This document shows, in pieces, positions 18,230 through 31,973 of a stretch of DNA of 64,000 bases. Positions within the stretch are counted from its first letter, which is position 1, and each line of letters opens with the position of its first letter. A model generated the notes under the pieces. The model saw only the letters and a program-made list of their open reading frames with translations, was not told the origin of the DNA and searched no databases. The translations under genes were made by a program, and so were the position numbers. Source of the DNA: the human T2T-CHM13v2.0 reference genome, Homo sapiens; NCBI RefSeq assembly GCF_009914755.1, contig NC_060933.1, one strand, 5' to 3'.

Positions 18230-20500
18230 ACCTTTTAAAAATAGTTTATCAACATAAAAAGAATGCTTATAAAATATGTATAAAGACTAAAGCAAATGCC
18301 TATGAAAATAAAATTTTAATACCTGCATACTCACCATCCAGTTTAGTAGAACATTACATTATATTTGAAGTTATCTGTGTAGTCCTCTCATGACCCAGCA
18401 CCTTTCCTAAATTTCTGCTTTATCCTTCTCTTTTCTTTGGAAATTTCCCCAAATATTATGTAACCAAATATAAAATTACATGGCTTATGATTATGAATAA
18501 ATAGAAATATGTTTTCTAGAACCTGATTTATTAAAAATTGTGTGCCTGAATTTTATTCATGTTTTTGTGCAAAGTTAGAGTGCATTCCATTTTTACTGCT
18601 ATATTGTATTTCATTTTATTAACATACCACAGTTAACCATGTTACTGTTGTTGAGCACTTCAGTTTCTAGATTTTGCTTATTACAAAAACTGCTACTATA
18701 AATATTCTTATACACGGCTTCCACTGCTAGAATATCTAGTATATATTCAGAGGTAGATGAATATATTCAACTTGACTGGATAATGCCAAATTGTTTTATA
18801 ATATTGTGATATAAACTCATGCTACCATCAGCGATGTATATAGCACCCATTGTTCTATATCCTCATCAACACTTGATATTGTCAGACATTTAAATTATTT
18901 TCACTGTGGAGACTATGAAAGGGTATCTTATAGTGTTTTAATTTTTTATTTATCAAATAACTAAAGAAGTTGAAGATTTCATGTGTTTATTGGCTAATTC
19001 TCTTCTGCGGGATGCCATTCAAGACTTTTGTTTTTTATTGGGATATTTTTCTTATTATTCTGTAGACTTTTATTCTATGTTCTGGTTACAATTATTTTGA
19101 CAGTTTTATGTGTTGCAAATAATTTCCTCCAGGTTTGTCTTTTCACTTTCTTTACAGTGTCCCTTGGTAAACGTAAGTTCTTAATTGTAGTATAGCTACA
19201 ATTTATTAATTATTTATCTTACAATTGGTGTGTGTGTCTCCTTTAAGAAACTTATTCCAAATTCATAAAGATAATTTCCTTTAAAGGTGTATAGTTCTAC
19301 CTTTCATAAATTTTTACACATGTGGAATCTGTTGGGAGAAGATATGATAGAAATAGGAATATAATTTGATCTTTTTACAATATGAGTAACCAGTTTTTGT
19401 AGCTTGATTTATTGTAGTCTATCTTCAATACAAACTCTGTTAAAAGTCAAATTTATATATATATATCTGGTTGTGGTTTTGAAGTTTTCTGTTGTTTCAT
19501 TTGTCTGTGTGTCTCTGCCTTTGCAGATATCAGACTACTATACTATAGCTTTAAAATAATTCTTGCTACCTAGTAAGGAAATCTACCTCCCTTGTTCTTC
19601 AGGGATGAGTAGGCTATTAATTTTTGCTTTTCCATGTAAATTTTAGGCCCATATTAGCAAGTTCTGTAAAAATAAATGAAGTTGGTATTTTGACTTAAAT
19701 TAAATCAAATCTACAGGTCAATTTATGGAGCACTGCAATTTTTATGATTTGCAGACTTCTCATCCATGGACATGGTATAGACTTTAATGTTACTTTAATA
19801 TTATAATTTTGTCCTTAAAAAGTCTCACAAATGTTTGTCACATTTATTCCTAGGTAATTTAGAATTGCCTTAACTGTAGGTGGCAGGAATATAGCAATAT
19901 AATTGATTTGTGTATACTGATTTTTATATCAAGCAAACTTACTAAATTTCTTTATTAATTCTATCTATAAATTACTTTGAAATTTCAATGATGACATTAT
20001 TAGCTAATAATAATGGTTTTGTTTATTCTCTTCAAATCCCTTATGCCTTTTTTTTCCCTTTTTCTGCCAAATTGATCTGGCAAGGATTCTTATTTCAATG
20101 TTAAACAGAAGACATTCTTGGAATCTTCTTCCTCGTAAAGATGTTTTCTATGTTTAACCACTAGAGATAATACCTGCCCTATGTTCTTTGAAGTTAACTT
20201 TCTTTAGATTAAGCTAATTTTTTATTAGTTTGCACATCATGAATGAATGTTCAATTTTATAAAAATTATTTTTATCTACACTTTTGAAATTATCTTTCCC
20301 TTAATTTGTCAATATAATTAACTATGGTAAATGAAAGTTCTAATATTAGAATCATTAAAGTAACCTCACATTTCTGGGATGAGTCCAAGTTGGTCATGAT
20401 AAATTAGTTATTTTGTACAATATTCAGTTTGATTAAAGAATTTTGTATCTATAATTGTGTGAGATCATCTGTAATTTTTCATTCTTTTAGTATCCTTGCA
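18230..20500 (-). mobile_element. Old L1M (L1ME-like) ORF2 3' half and 3' UTR
   Basis: Long T-rich degenerate antisense L1 (cctcatcaacacttgatattgtcagac; catccatggacatggtat). Confidence 0.75.
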
Positions 20501-21361
20501 AAAGTGTTGGTACTCATATCTATTAGCTTTTTATTCACTACATGTTACTAGAAAATGAAATTTAAACAGCGCTTTTAAAACAGATAACACCATCTATATG
20601 ATTAACTCAAAAGATGTTTAAAACCTATACAGAGAAAATTATACTTTTTAAAGAGCCATTAATAAAAATCTCTAAAAAATTGAGAGACATATCATGTTAT
20701 GAATTTGAAAACTCAAAATTGTAAAGGTATAAATTACCCCAAGTAGATTAGACAGACTCATTGCAATCCCAGTCAAAATCCAGCAGGTTTCCTTTTGAGG
20801 AATTTGGTCTTCTGAATTTATAGAAATGCAGAGACCTCAGAATACCCAAAATATTCTTGATAAAATTGGAAGGACTTGCTTCACCAGCTATCAAGACATT
20901 ATAAACATATAATAATTCAGATAGTGTGGTATTTGCTCAGGGATAGACAAGTAGACCAATGCAACACAATACAGAAAGCAGGACAGACTTATACATAATA
21001 GATACTTAAATGACAGAATAACACTGTTGATCATAAGGGAAAGGACAGACTGCTCAAAATATGGTGCTGGGACCATTTTTCCCATATGGAGAGAAATGAA
21101 ATTGGTTCTTTCCTATGTACACAAAAATTAGTTCCATGTAAATTGAAAACCTAAGTAAGAAAGGCAAAACTATGATGTTTTTAAAACATAGGAAAATATC
21201 TTTACTGATCCAGGGTAGGTGAAGATCTCTTAAACATAAAAAAGAATAAACCCTCAAGGAAAAAATACAACCATGTTAAAATTAAGAACTTTTCCCATAC
21301 TTCAGCAATATTTGCAATAATATTACCAAGCAAGTACTGAATATATAAAGAATGCCTACAG

Positions 21362-21643
21362 TATCTCATGCCTGTAATCCCAGCACTTTGGGAAGCTGAG
21401 ACTAGAGGACTGCTTGAGGCCAGGAGTTTGAGATCAGCCTGGGCAACATGGTGAGACCCTGTCTCTACAAGAAGTAAAAATATCAGCCAGGCATGGTGGC
21501 ATGTGCCTGTAGTCCCAGTTCCTCAGGAGACAGAGGTGGGAGGATCACTTGAGCCCAGGAGGTTGAAGCTGCAGTGAGCTATGATTACACCACTGCATGA
21601 CAGCCTGAGCAACAGAGTGAGACCCTGTCTCAAACAAAAAAAG
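21362..21643 (+). mobile_element. AluJ, slightly 5'-truncated
   Basis: gaggatcacttgagcccaggagg...gagctatgattacaccactgca. Confidence 0.93.
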
Positions 21644-21904
21644 AACATCTATATATCAACAAGAATAACAGACAACCTATAGAAAAAGTCAAAAGTTTCA
21701 AATAAGTGCTTCACAAAGGATGAAATTCAAATAGATAATAAACATATGAGAAAATTTTATACCTCATAGGTAATGAGAAAAAGATAAATTAAAAATACCA
21801 ACAGTTATCATTTCAGAACCAACTCATTGGCACACATTAAACTCTGACACTAGCATGCATTGTAGAAAATGGAACATTAGGAAATCTCATACACCACTGG
21901 GTAG

Positions 21905-21970
21905 AATTTGCAGTTGTAATTTGCCATTACTTTAATGGCAAAAAACGCAATTACGTTTGCACCAACCTAA
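21905..21970. mobile_element. MADE1 (Hsmar1-derived MITE), left TIR degraded
   Basis: ttgccattactttaatggcaaaaaacgcaattacgtttgcaccaacctaa followed by TA. Confidence 0.9.
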
Positions 21971-22032
21971 TAGTATAAGCTACATTGGAAATGTGATTAG
22001 CATTACCTATCAATCTGAAAATAGGTATAGCC

Positions 22033-22316
22033 CAGGTGGGAGAACTGGGGAGATGTTGGTCAAAGGACACAAAATTTCAGTTAGACAGGTGGAATAGGTT
22101 CAAGAGCTCTATTGTACACCATTGTGACTACAATTAATAATAATGTTACATATTTGAAAATTGCTAAGGGTAGATTTTAAGTGTTCTCACCATAAAAAAA
22201 TGATAAATGTGAGATGATGCAAATGTTAAATAGGTTGATGTAGCTATTCCACATATATACATATATCAAAACATGTTGTAAATCATAAGCAGGTACAATT
22301 TTTACCTGTCAATTTA
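22033..22316 (+). mobile_element. L1MA (MA8/9-like) 3' UTR
   Basis: ggggagatgttggtcaaaggacacaaaatttcagttagacagg; TSD-like aaataggtatagcc / aaataggcataact. Confidence 0.85.
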
Positions 22317-22979
22317 AATAGGCATAACTTATAGCAAGTCGGCCTCTAGAGCCTCATTTACACATACAATAGGAAATATGCTACCATTGCCTCAAATTGG
22401 AATCAACTCAAATATCTGTCATTCATAAAGTAGACAAATTATGCCATATTTTTACAATAGAATATCATATCACAATGAACATGAGCAACAGTAGATACCC
22501 ACACATCATAGGTGAGTCACAAGCATCATGTTGGGTGAAAAAAGCCAGACACAAAATACTACATATGGTATGAATCCTTCCATATAAACTTCAAAAACAG
22601 GCAAAAGTTGAATACTGTTTAGAAATACATAAGCAGAAAAGCATAAAGAAAAGCAAAAAGTAATTATCTCAACAGTCAGGACATAAGATTCTTAAAGGGA
22701 GAAGATAAAAGTTACCCGCATGGAAGGGCATCATAGGGAAGTGTTCTATGTTGAAATGCGTGTGGTTTCACTACTGCTGTATGCTTTATGCACTTTCCTA
22801 CAGTTATCTAAAATATGAAAATATTAATTGGTTTTTGTTTTAAAGCAAATATTAAATACTTTGAAAGACAACATAATAGAGAGGTTAAAATGAGGCTCTG
22901 AAATCTAACAAACCTGGATTCCAATCGCAAGTCCATTACTCAATCTTGTGACCTTGTGATGCTTAATTGCTCTATAAGC

Positions 22980-23471
<492 letters not shown>

Positions 23472-23505
23472 CTGTAAGCCCTAGTTTCCTCATCTGTAAA
23501 ACTGC

Positions 23506-23538
<33 letters not shown>

Positions 23539-23833
23539 ACCTTGTTAGAGAGTTGTTATAAGGATGAAAGATGATAGTGTGTGCTTAGGATAGTGTCTGG
23601 TACTCAAGGAAGTTTCACTCTTACTGTTAAACTGCTCACCTTGCAAACAAGTTTTGCAGTTTGATTGCAACTGTTATTAAAGAATCATAAGAAATAGATG
23701 GTACTTTTAAGAAATCAGATTTGATGACAACCTGGATGCAAAAGAATAAAAGACAAGAATACTAGTTGGTATACTCAGGGAGAAAACAAAGAAAAGGAAG
23801 CAGACTAGTCTTTTGACTATCAGCTATCTAGAC

Positions 23834-24181
23834 CAGGAGTTCCCCACCCCTGGGGCCATGGACTGGTACAGGTCCATGGCCTATTAGGAACCAGGCCACA
23901 CAGCAGGTGCTGAGCTGCAGGCAAGCAAGTGAGCATTACCGCCTGAGCTCCACCTTCTGTCAGATCAGGGACAGCATTAGACTCTCACAGGAGCACAAAC
24001 CCTATTGTGAACTGTGCATGCGAGGGATCTAGGCTGTGCACTCCTTGCAAGAATCTGACTAATACCTGATGATCTGAGGTGGAACAGTTTCATCCCTAAA
24101 CCATCCCCACCAATTCCATCCATGGAAAAATCCTCTTCCATGAAACCAGTCCCGGGGGGCCAAAAAGCTTGGGGACTGCTC
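23834..24181 (+). mobile_element. MER1B (hAT-Charlie), complete
   Basis: Matches remembered consensus end to end; perfect 8-bp TSD atctagac at 23826-23833 and 24182-24189. Confidence 0.93.
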
Positions 24182-24663
24182 ATCTAGACACAATCTCTCA
24201 CTTACACTCTCTTGTAATTTTCTGAGTTTATAGGAGTAATTTAAAAACCAGCAAATGACTTGGCTTTATATCTTCTGGCCTTACTGTGGGTGGAATCTTG
24301 GAAATGCTAGTGACTTATAATGTTCTCTTTGTTTAAAGATTTTGTTTTCTAACCGAGGAAATAATTAAGTTTGAATTCTCTCATCCCCCTTTATGATGTT
24401 CTAAACAGCTGGTGTTTTTGTTTGTTTGGGGGCATGCTAATTTTTGCTCAGACTCCCTGTGGATGTAGTATTTGTTTATTCTCATGAGCAGTGGGTTTGT
24501 GATATTCTAAACCAATCAGTAATCATTGCATTAGCAAACTTCCTTTATGTAGACAAAATTAAAATTTTGCTTCTTAATCTCACACATCAAAAAATCTTTC
24601 TCTAATTCAATTGAGTTGGCCAGTTCCAAGTCCTAAAAAATAGTGCTAAATATCTGGAATTCA

Positions 24664-24782
24664 GGACTGGCTGCTGTGGCTCACACCTGTAATCGCAGCA
24701 CTCTAGGAGGCCGAGACAGAACTTGAGGCCAGGAGTTGGAACTGCAGTGAGCTATGATCACACCACTGCACTCACACCACTG
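24664..24782 (+). mobile_element. Alu monomer fragment (FAM/FRAM-like or arm-fused)
   Basis: ggctcacacctgtaatc...ctgcagtgagctatgatcacaccactgcact. Confidence 0.75.
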
Positions 24783-25054
24783 TTTTGTTGATTAGGTTAA
24801 TATTCGTCCCTTAAACCATCATTTAGCAAATGAACACTGAAGTAGAATATCCACCAGAGGCAAAACATAAAAATTAAAAAAAAATTAAAAAAAGAGATCC
24901 CTTAAACGAGGGAGGAAGTTATGAAGTGATGAGAAAGAGCTGAGGGAATTTGTTGACTGGCCCAGCCCTCAGCTAGATTCAATCCAGTCCACCTGTTGAA
25001 TGCCAAGAAAAATAAGTGCATTTTGCAGAGGCTGAGATCTCCAGCTCTCTCCTC

Positions 25055-25084
25055 TGACCTCCCTCCTTTCTGACCCTTTGACCT
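25055..25084 (-). promoter_or_regulatory. Candidate nuclear-receptor element: DR2 (AGGTCA-aa-GGGTCA) plus a third AGGTCA half-site
   Basis: Plus strand tgacct (25055-60), tgaccc (25071-76), tgacct (25079-84) in non-repeat DNA; motif match only. Confidence 0.4.
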
Positions 25085-25443
25085 CCCCTGCAGGAGCCGC
25101 TCTGAGCAACTGTGCCCAGCACCTGGGAGGCGAAAGAACCCTGCAGAAGCCAACAAATCAACATTCCACCAGGAATTTTGTGCTGGATAATTCAACCAAT
25201 TCAGCTGTTATCCTGGCCACACCCTCGGTCTGGGCTTCCATCCAAACTTCGTCCTTCTTCACTGTTGAAAACCAGAAGCCACAGCCCCCAGCCCTGTCTT
25301 CTAGCTCCCCACCCAGGCCCCCCTCTCTCTCTCTGAGCCTCTCCACTGTGCCTGGTAAAACCCCAATTCTATAAGGAACAAACTTCCTTTGGTCTACAAA
25401 TATTTCCTTCAGAATTCCCCCAACATTAATAAAAAAATCTTCC

Positions 25444-25735
25444 GGCCAGGCGCTGTGGCTCACACCTGTAATTCCAGCGCTTTGAAAGGCCAAGTGGGGA
25501 GGATCATTTGAGCCCCAACAGTTCAAGACCAGCCTCGGCAACATAGTGAGACCCTGTCTCTACAAAAAATACAAAAATTAGCCAAGTATGGTGGTGCATG
25601 CCTGTGATCCCAGTTCCTTGGAAGGCTGAGTGGGGAGAGTCACTTGAGCCTGTGAGGTCAAGGCTGCAGTAAGAGGAGATCGCACCACAGCACTTCAGCC
25701 TGGGCAACAGAGTGAGACCCTATCAGGGAAAATAG
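25444..25735 (+). mobile_element. AluJ
   Basis: Full dimer with J diagnostics (ggatcatttgagccc, gaggtcaaggctgcagt). Confidence 0.93.
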
Positions 25736-26381
25736 AAATGAACTACTTAGCTTTCTTCCAAAACCTGCAATTCATGAGGAATAATCATCCTCTTAATCAG
25801 CAGGGCACCAACATTTGGAGTGAACACGACCTTCTCCCATTTGCCTTCCACATACCATCTGTTGCCAGACCTTGACAATTCTAACTCTAGGGACTTTGTG
25901 CAAGGGAATGGGGCCTAAATGGGCCCATGCTCAATTATTAATCATTCTAAAATTTTTTTTAGTTTGTATTATGAAAAGTTTCAAACATACATTATATAGA
26001 GACTAGCAAAGCAAAAATCCCAAGTACCCCCCAGCTCTTCTCAACATTTTACAATACTGTATTTGATTCCATTTCCTTTCAGAATTTTTTTAAAATAAAC
26101 ACAAAAAGGTTGAATGACTCTCCCCAGGTCCACATCACATACTCCACACAGTGTCTAAGACACAGAACATAAAAAGAATTATTTGCTCAATAGTACTTGG
26201 TATAAATGTATGAGCCTCCCTGAGTCCCAATCCCTTCTTTCCCTATGTCCTCCTTTTTGTATGTATTTCTATCTGCATTAGTTGTCTCTCTCAACATTTT
26301 TTTCTTTATACACCTGTGCATGTCCATCTATTTCCCTTTTATTATCTTTCTCTCCATAAGATTTCTTTCCTTTAATAACTA

Positions 26382-27167
26382 CAGCCATGTGTCGCTTACC
26401 CATGAAGATATGTTCAGAGAAATGTGTTGCTAGGCACCGATGAAAGTTGTGTGGACATCATCAAGTGTACTCCCACAAACCTAGATGGCATAGCCCACTA
26501 CACATATGGGATATATGGTAGAGTCTTTTGCTCCTAGGCTACAAACCTGTACAGCATGTTACTGTAATGAACACTGTAAGCGTTTGTAACACAATGGTAT
26601 TTGTGCATTTAAACTTCTGTAAACGTAGAAGAAATACAACAAAAAATAGATGGTATAAATGATTTAAAATGGTTTGTCTAGGGTACTTACCATGAATAAA
26701 GCTCGCAGGGCTGGAAGTTGCTCTGGGTGACTGAGTGAGTGAATGTGAGGGCTCAGGACGTTACTGCACACTGCTGCAGACTTTATGAACATTGTACCCT
26801 TAGGCTATATTACATTTATTTAATTTTTTTCTTCAATAATTACCCTTAGCTTACTGTAACATTTTTTATTTTAAGCTTTTTAATATTTTTCAATTCTTGT
26901 AATAACACAGCTTAAAACACATTGTATAGTTGTACAAAAATATTTCTTTATTCTATAAGCTTTCTTCTATTTTTAACTTTTTTTTTAACTGTTAAAACTT
27001 TTTTCATAACTACCAAGACACAAATACAAGCATTAGCCTAGGCATACATGTTAAGATGGCTACAATGTCACTAGGCAATAGGGATTTTCAGTTCTGTTAT
27101 AATCTTATGGGACCACCATAGTATACACGGACCATCATTAACCACAACGTCATGCAGCACATGACTG
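26382..27167 (+). mobile_element. Tigger3 (Golem/MER7) non-autonomous derivative
   Basis: TIRs cagccatgtgtcgc / gcacatgactg after TA; internal acaaacctagatgg...ctcctaggctacaaacctgtacagcatgttactgta. Confidence 0.88.
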
Positions 27168-27679
27168 CATTTCATAAGCACCTGCTATGTGCCAGATGCT
27201 GTTCTAGACCCCTAAGAAACATATCTGTCAACCTTTTTCTCTATGTAGCTTTCTCTTTGCTGATACCTCCTATTTTCTGACCATCTTTCAATCTGAACTT
27301 ATTTCCCTTTTTCTTTTATCATCTCCACCCCTTCCCACACTTCCCTGTCTAAACTGACTATAAAAGAAAATAGAAGCATCATATCATGTATAATTGTGCT
27401 TTTGCATGAGAACGAGTTCTCCATAGCTTAACTTTTAAAAGCAGGTTAATGAATAATTTCCTATTGGGTAATATTCAGATTTTTGACCCAGCTCTCAAGT
27501 CTGAAAAGAAGCTTTTATTTCTCACCAGGTACCCTGGATCCCGAGCATACCTGAATTGTCTCCATCCTACAAATTTACTTCCAGGCTTTTTCTTACGCTG
27601 TTTCTTGTTAGATGGGATGTTCTCAAACTGGATGTGTCAAGATTCTTCAGAGACTTGGCTGCCTCTGTCCCCACTTTCT

Positions 27680-27750
27680 CACCCATGTCACCAGCATTTA
27701 GCAAATGCCTAGTGCACAGAAAGTGCTCAAAAAATGTTTATTGTATTTTT
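27680..27750 (+). mobile_element. L2 3' end fragment
   Basis: ccagcatttagcaaatgcctagtgcacagaaagtgctcaaaaaatgtttattg. Confidence 0.7.
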
Positions 27751-28334
27751 TAAAACATAATAAAAACTAAGTTACTCATTACTTGGTGCACCACGTTTTC
27801 TGTTAGGTGATAGACCACCATAGAAATAAATCCAACTCAAATTGAAAGGCTAAAATGGAAAAAGAGGAGGTAAAAAGAATAGACAAGGAAGAATTCACAA
27901 CAATTGTCACCCTGAGAAGGAATGAGAAATTCTGAGACCCTTCCTTGTCAGGGGGTTAAAGAACTGTCAGAGATGGGGTAGAAGCAACTGCAAATAGTTG
28001 GCCTCCTTATTAATCCTTCAGGGGAAGAAAACCTGTTCTAAGTACAAGGACTAACAGCTGCAGTTCTACCAGCACATTCCACAGAAGTTACAAGGAAACT
28101 GATGAGAATTCAAATACTCTGTGATAACAGTGGGACGAAGCTTCCAAAGGAAAACACTAGGAAAAAAGATTTGCAGACTTTTCTCCCTTAGAAAAGTGAA
28201 GAATTAAACCGCATGTATCTGGAAGACCCCAGTGAACCAGGGGTTAAAGAAGATGGTATTAAATGCCCATATGAAGGTTTACACAAAGGGGCATAGCAGC
28301 AATGTTAAATAACAAAGAAGTTAAAAATAATCAT

Positions 28335-28535
28335 AGCTACCAACAATATACTGTGTTTTTCAAAACAGCTAGATGAGAGGATTTGAGATGTTTCCAACAT
28401 ATAGAAATGATAAATACTTCAAGTGATGGATACTCTGAATATCGTGACTTAATCATTACTCATTCTACACATGTAATGAAACATCATCTGTATGCCCTAA
28501 ATATGTACAAATGTTATGTATCAAATAATAATAAT
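28335..28535 (+). mobile_element. L1MA 3' UTR fragment
   Basis: gagaggatttgagatgtttccaacatatagaaatgataaat...aaatatgtacaa. Confidence 0.85.
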
Positions 28536-28789
28536 TTCCTCTCTCTAGACCCCTCCCAGGTCCAAACTGGTGTACAACACTTCAGTGAGCTAATTTATCT
28601 ACACCAAGAGATAAAGTCCTTGATGTTCAACACCCTTAGGAATTTAGTAATTAAGCTCATTTAGAAGATAAGTACTAGCTGTCTGAGAAGAAAGGCATTC
28701 CTGGCAAAGCAAGGTTGTAGACTCCTGGAGCAGGTGGATCTTCATGAGGCCCAAATAGACCACATTCTTAGAAAATGACCGTATTTGCA

Positions 28790-28875
28790 ACACCTGCCTG
28801 CAATGAAATCACCTTGGGTGCTTGTTAAAAATTCAGATTTCAGAATTCAGAAATTTAGATTTCTGGATCCCAACT
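28790..28875. mobile_element. MER5A fragment
   Basis: aatcaccttgggtgcttgttaaaaattcagatt. Confidence 0.65.
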
Positions 28876-29405
28876 ATTTTCTTTTAATTGAAGGTTTACA
28901 TACAAAGGAATAGCTCAGTGTTAAATAACTAGGAATTTTTTAAAAAACAAACAAACAAAACAAAACAACTCTCCTGTTTTAGGCATTATCCAAATCCAAA
29001 CTGATTTGCAACACTTTTATGAGAGCTAAGGTAAGGGCTCCTGGGGGTCAAACGCATTTCAGCAAATCTTCCTGATGAAGCAGAGGCTTAGAGGTCCAGA
29101 GACCACACTGCATGTATCAGCCACAAACCTCTCATGGGGCCAAAAGCTACCTGTTCTGAGGTTTCCTGTTCTGGGAACATCCTCCCTTGACCACAGGCCT
29201 GAGAAACTGCAGGACAGAAACTCCTCCTGTATGCTTCAGAGCCTCCTTTTCTTTGCTCTTGCATAGACCTGCACGCTGGGCTTGTACTTCTAACAGCTGC
29301 TGACATTTATCACATTATCCTATTTAATTTTCTCTTTCAGCAGATTTATGTACTTTATTTTATTGTTTCATTATTCTATGCTCTTGCTAATGCTTTTCTT
29401 GCTAA

Positions 29406-29787
<382 letters not shown>

Positions 29788-29861
29788 TAATTCATCATCT
29801 TGCTTTTTGAAATTTAGTGATAAAGCAAGGATAGCAAAATGTTAATTGTAACATCTAGGTG

Positions 29862-30000
29862 GTTTGTTTGTTTGTTTATTGGGAGAGACAAGGTCTCACT
29901 ATCTTCCCCAGGCTGGTCTCCAACTCCTGGGCTCAAGCAATCCTCCCTTCTCTATCTCCCAAAGCGCTGGGATTATAGGCATGAGCCACCACACCAGGCC
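29862..30000 (-). mobile_element. FLAM_C / Alu left monomer
   Basis: Single antisense arm with a (TTTG)n tail. Confidence 0.88.
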
Positions 30001-30408
30001 TGGCAAATTTATTTTTAATTCCTGTGTTCACCATACAGTTGTTAAACTTTCTGTATGTTTGAAGCTTCTTATAATAAAATATTGGGAGTAGGGGATTCCA
30101 AAAGTATGAAAAGGGATAGAGTGAAAAGTAAACTCCACTCCTTCTTTCACTTACTTAAGTCTGGTTCTCAGAAGATAATCACTATTAACAGTTTCTTCTG
30201 TATCCTCCCAGAAGTTGTCTGTACTTATATAAGCACATATTTTTTTCTACCCAATGGCATATATCACATAACATTAAGTGCATAAGAGCAAACCTGAAAC
30301 TTGCTTTCAGTTATCAACACATCAGGAAAGTCTTTTCAAATCAGTATGTAGTATACAGAAATCAGTCTCATTTTTTAGTTATTATATGAAATTTCATTTT
30401 ATGAAATA

Positions 30409-30744
30409 CAATTGGCTGTCTGTTTCCTTGTGTTCTGCACCCATGGATTCAACCAACTTTGGATCAAAAATTTTTCAGGGAAAAGAATGGATTGTACCTG
30501 TAGTGAATATGTGCAGACTTTTTTTCTTCATCACTATTCCCTAAATAATACAACTATTTACACAGCATTTACATTGTATTGGGTATTACAAGTAATCTAA
30601 AGGTGATTTAAAGCATACAGGACGATGTGTGTGGGTTGTGTGCAAATACTACACCATTTTATATAAAGGACTTGAATTTTCTTGGATTTTGGTATCCTCA
30701 AGAGGTCCAAGAACTGATCCCCCACGGGCACCGAGGGATGATTG
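30409..30744 (+). mobile_element. MER2 (TcMar-Tigger)
   Basis: catggattcaaccaac...gcaaatactacaccattttatataa...accgagggatgattg, flanked by TA on both sides. Confidence 0.9.
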
Positions 30745-30877
30745 TACATTATTCAATCAGTGCCATGTTGAGACAGACTATGCAAGTTGTTTCTAGTTAG
30801 TTTTGCTGACACTTACGTATGCACAAATGTTACAGTCAACATCCTTATACTACTATCTTTTTATATTTATCCAATTT

Positions 30878-31046
30878 TTTAAATTATACTTTAGGTTCTA
30901 GGGTACATGTGCACAACGTGCAGGTTTTTACATAGGTATACACGTGCCATGTTGGTTTGCTGCACCCATGAACTCGTCATTTACATTAGGTATTTCTCCT
31001 AATGCTACCCCTCTCCCAGGCCTCCACCCCGCGACAGGCCCCGGTG
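30878..31046 (-). mobile_element. L1PA6-like 3' terminal fragment
   Basis: ttatactttaggttctagggtacatgtgcacaacgtgcagg; TSD core tccaatt on both sides. Confidence 0.92.
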
Positions 31047-31671
31047 TCCAATTATTTTTATAGAATACATTGTTAGAAGTTAAAATACTGGGTCAAAATT
31101 TACATTCAAATGTTTGAAAATATGAAATGACTCCTAAAAAGTCACACCAATTTATATTTTATGCCTGGTTTTCTACATCTTCAAATATATTTTGTATTTT
31201 CAAACTTTTTAATCTTTACCAATATGCTAAGTAGAAAAAATGAACTCTAATTTTAATTTTATTTCTTGCCAGTTGATGATCTTTACCTCAATTATGTTGA
31301 TGTTTTCAACTGGTTTTGGTGGATTTATTTAAAAGCTCTTTGTGTATCAAAGAGATTAATTTGCTGTATATGTAACAAAAAGACACTGCCAATTGGTCTT
31401 TCACTTTTTATCTAATTTATAGCATTTTTTGCATTACAGAAGTTGAGAGTAAGTTTTTACAACAAAAACAGTTTTTCATGATTTACAAACAATAAGTTAC
31501 CATTACAATGAATTGGAACAATACATAAAATTATATAGAAAAAATCATCTGAAAACCAACTAGAAATAATCATTAATATTTTGGTGACCATTTTCTCTTG
31601 CACTACTTTTTGCCCCTAAACACATATTGACATATTTTAAAAATTCAAAAAATGAGACATTATCATCTTTA

Positions 31672-31973
31672 CTTTTTTTTTTTTTTTAATTGGAGTAAGG
31701 GCCTCCACTCTGTTGCCCTGGCTGGAGTACAGTGGCTCAATCATAGCTCACTGCAGCTTCAGACTTCTAGGCTCAAGGGATCCTCTTATTTCAGCCTCCT
31801 TTCTACTACTGACTGTAGTCCTAGTCAAGCAGCACTAGGTGAGCACCACCACACCCAGCCAATTTTTTTCTTTTGTGTTGTAGAGACAGGTTCTCACCAG
31901 GTTGCGCAGGCTAATTTCTAACCTCTGTCTCCCAAAGCACTGAGAATACAGGTATGAACCACTGCACCCAGCT
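31672..31973 (-). mobile_element. AluJ, degenerate
   Basis: Antisense dimer, atcatagctcactgcagc. Confidence 0.88.

Larger units (their letters stand above)
20520..22830 (+). mobile_element. Old L1M (L1ME-like) ORF2 3' part and 3' UTR, hosting an Alu, a MADE1 and an L1MA insert
   Basis: A-rich degenerate sense L1 (ttgcaatcccagtcaaaatcc; atggtgctgggacc; aaaaagccagacacaaaa). Confidence 0.75.

Noticed and set aside
18230-22830. A second twin-priming L1
   Set aside because: Both halves have their own 3' ends and cover the same ORF2 region, unlike a 5' inversion.
24850-24865. CTCF site (ccaccagaggca)
   Set aside because: It lacks one base of the core CCASYAGRKGGC and is too weak to call.
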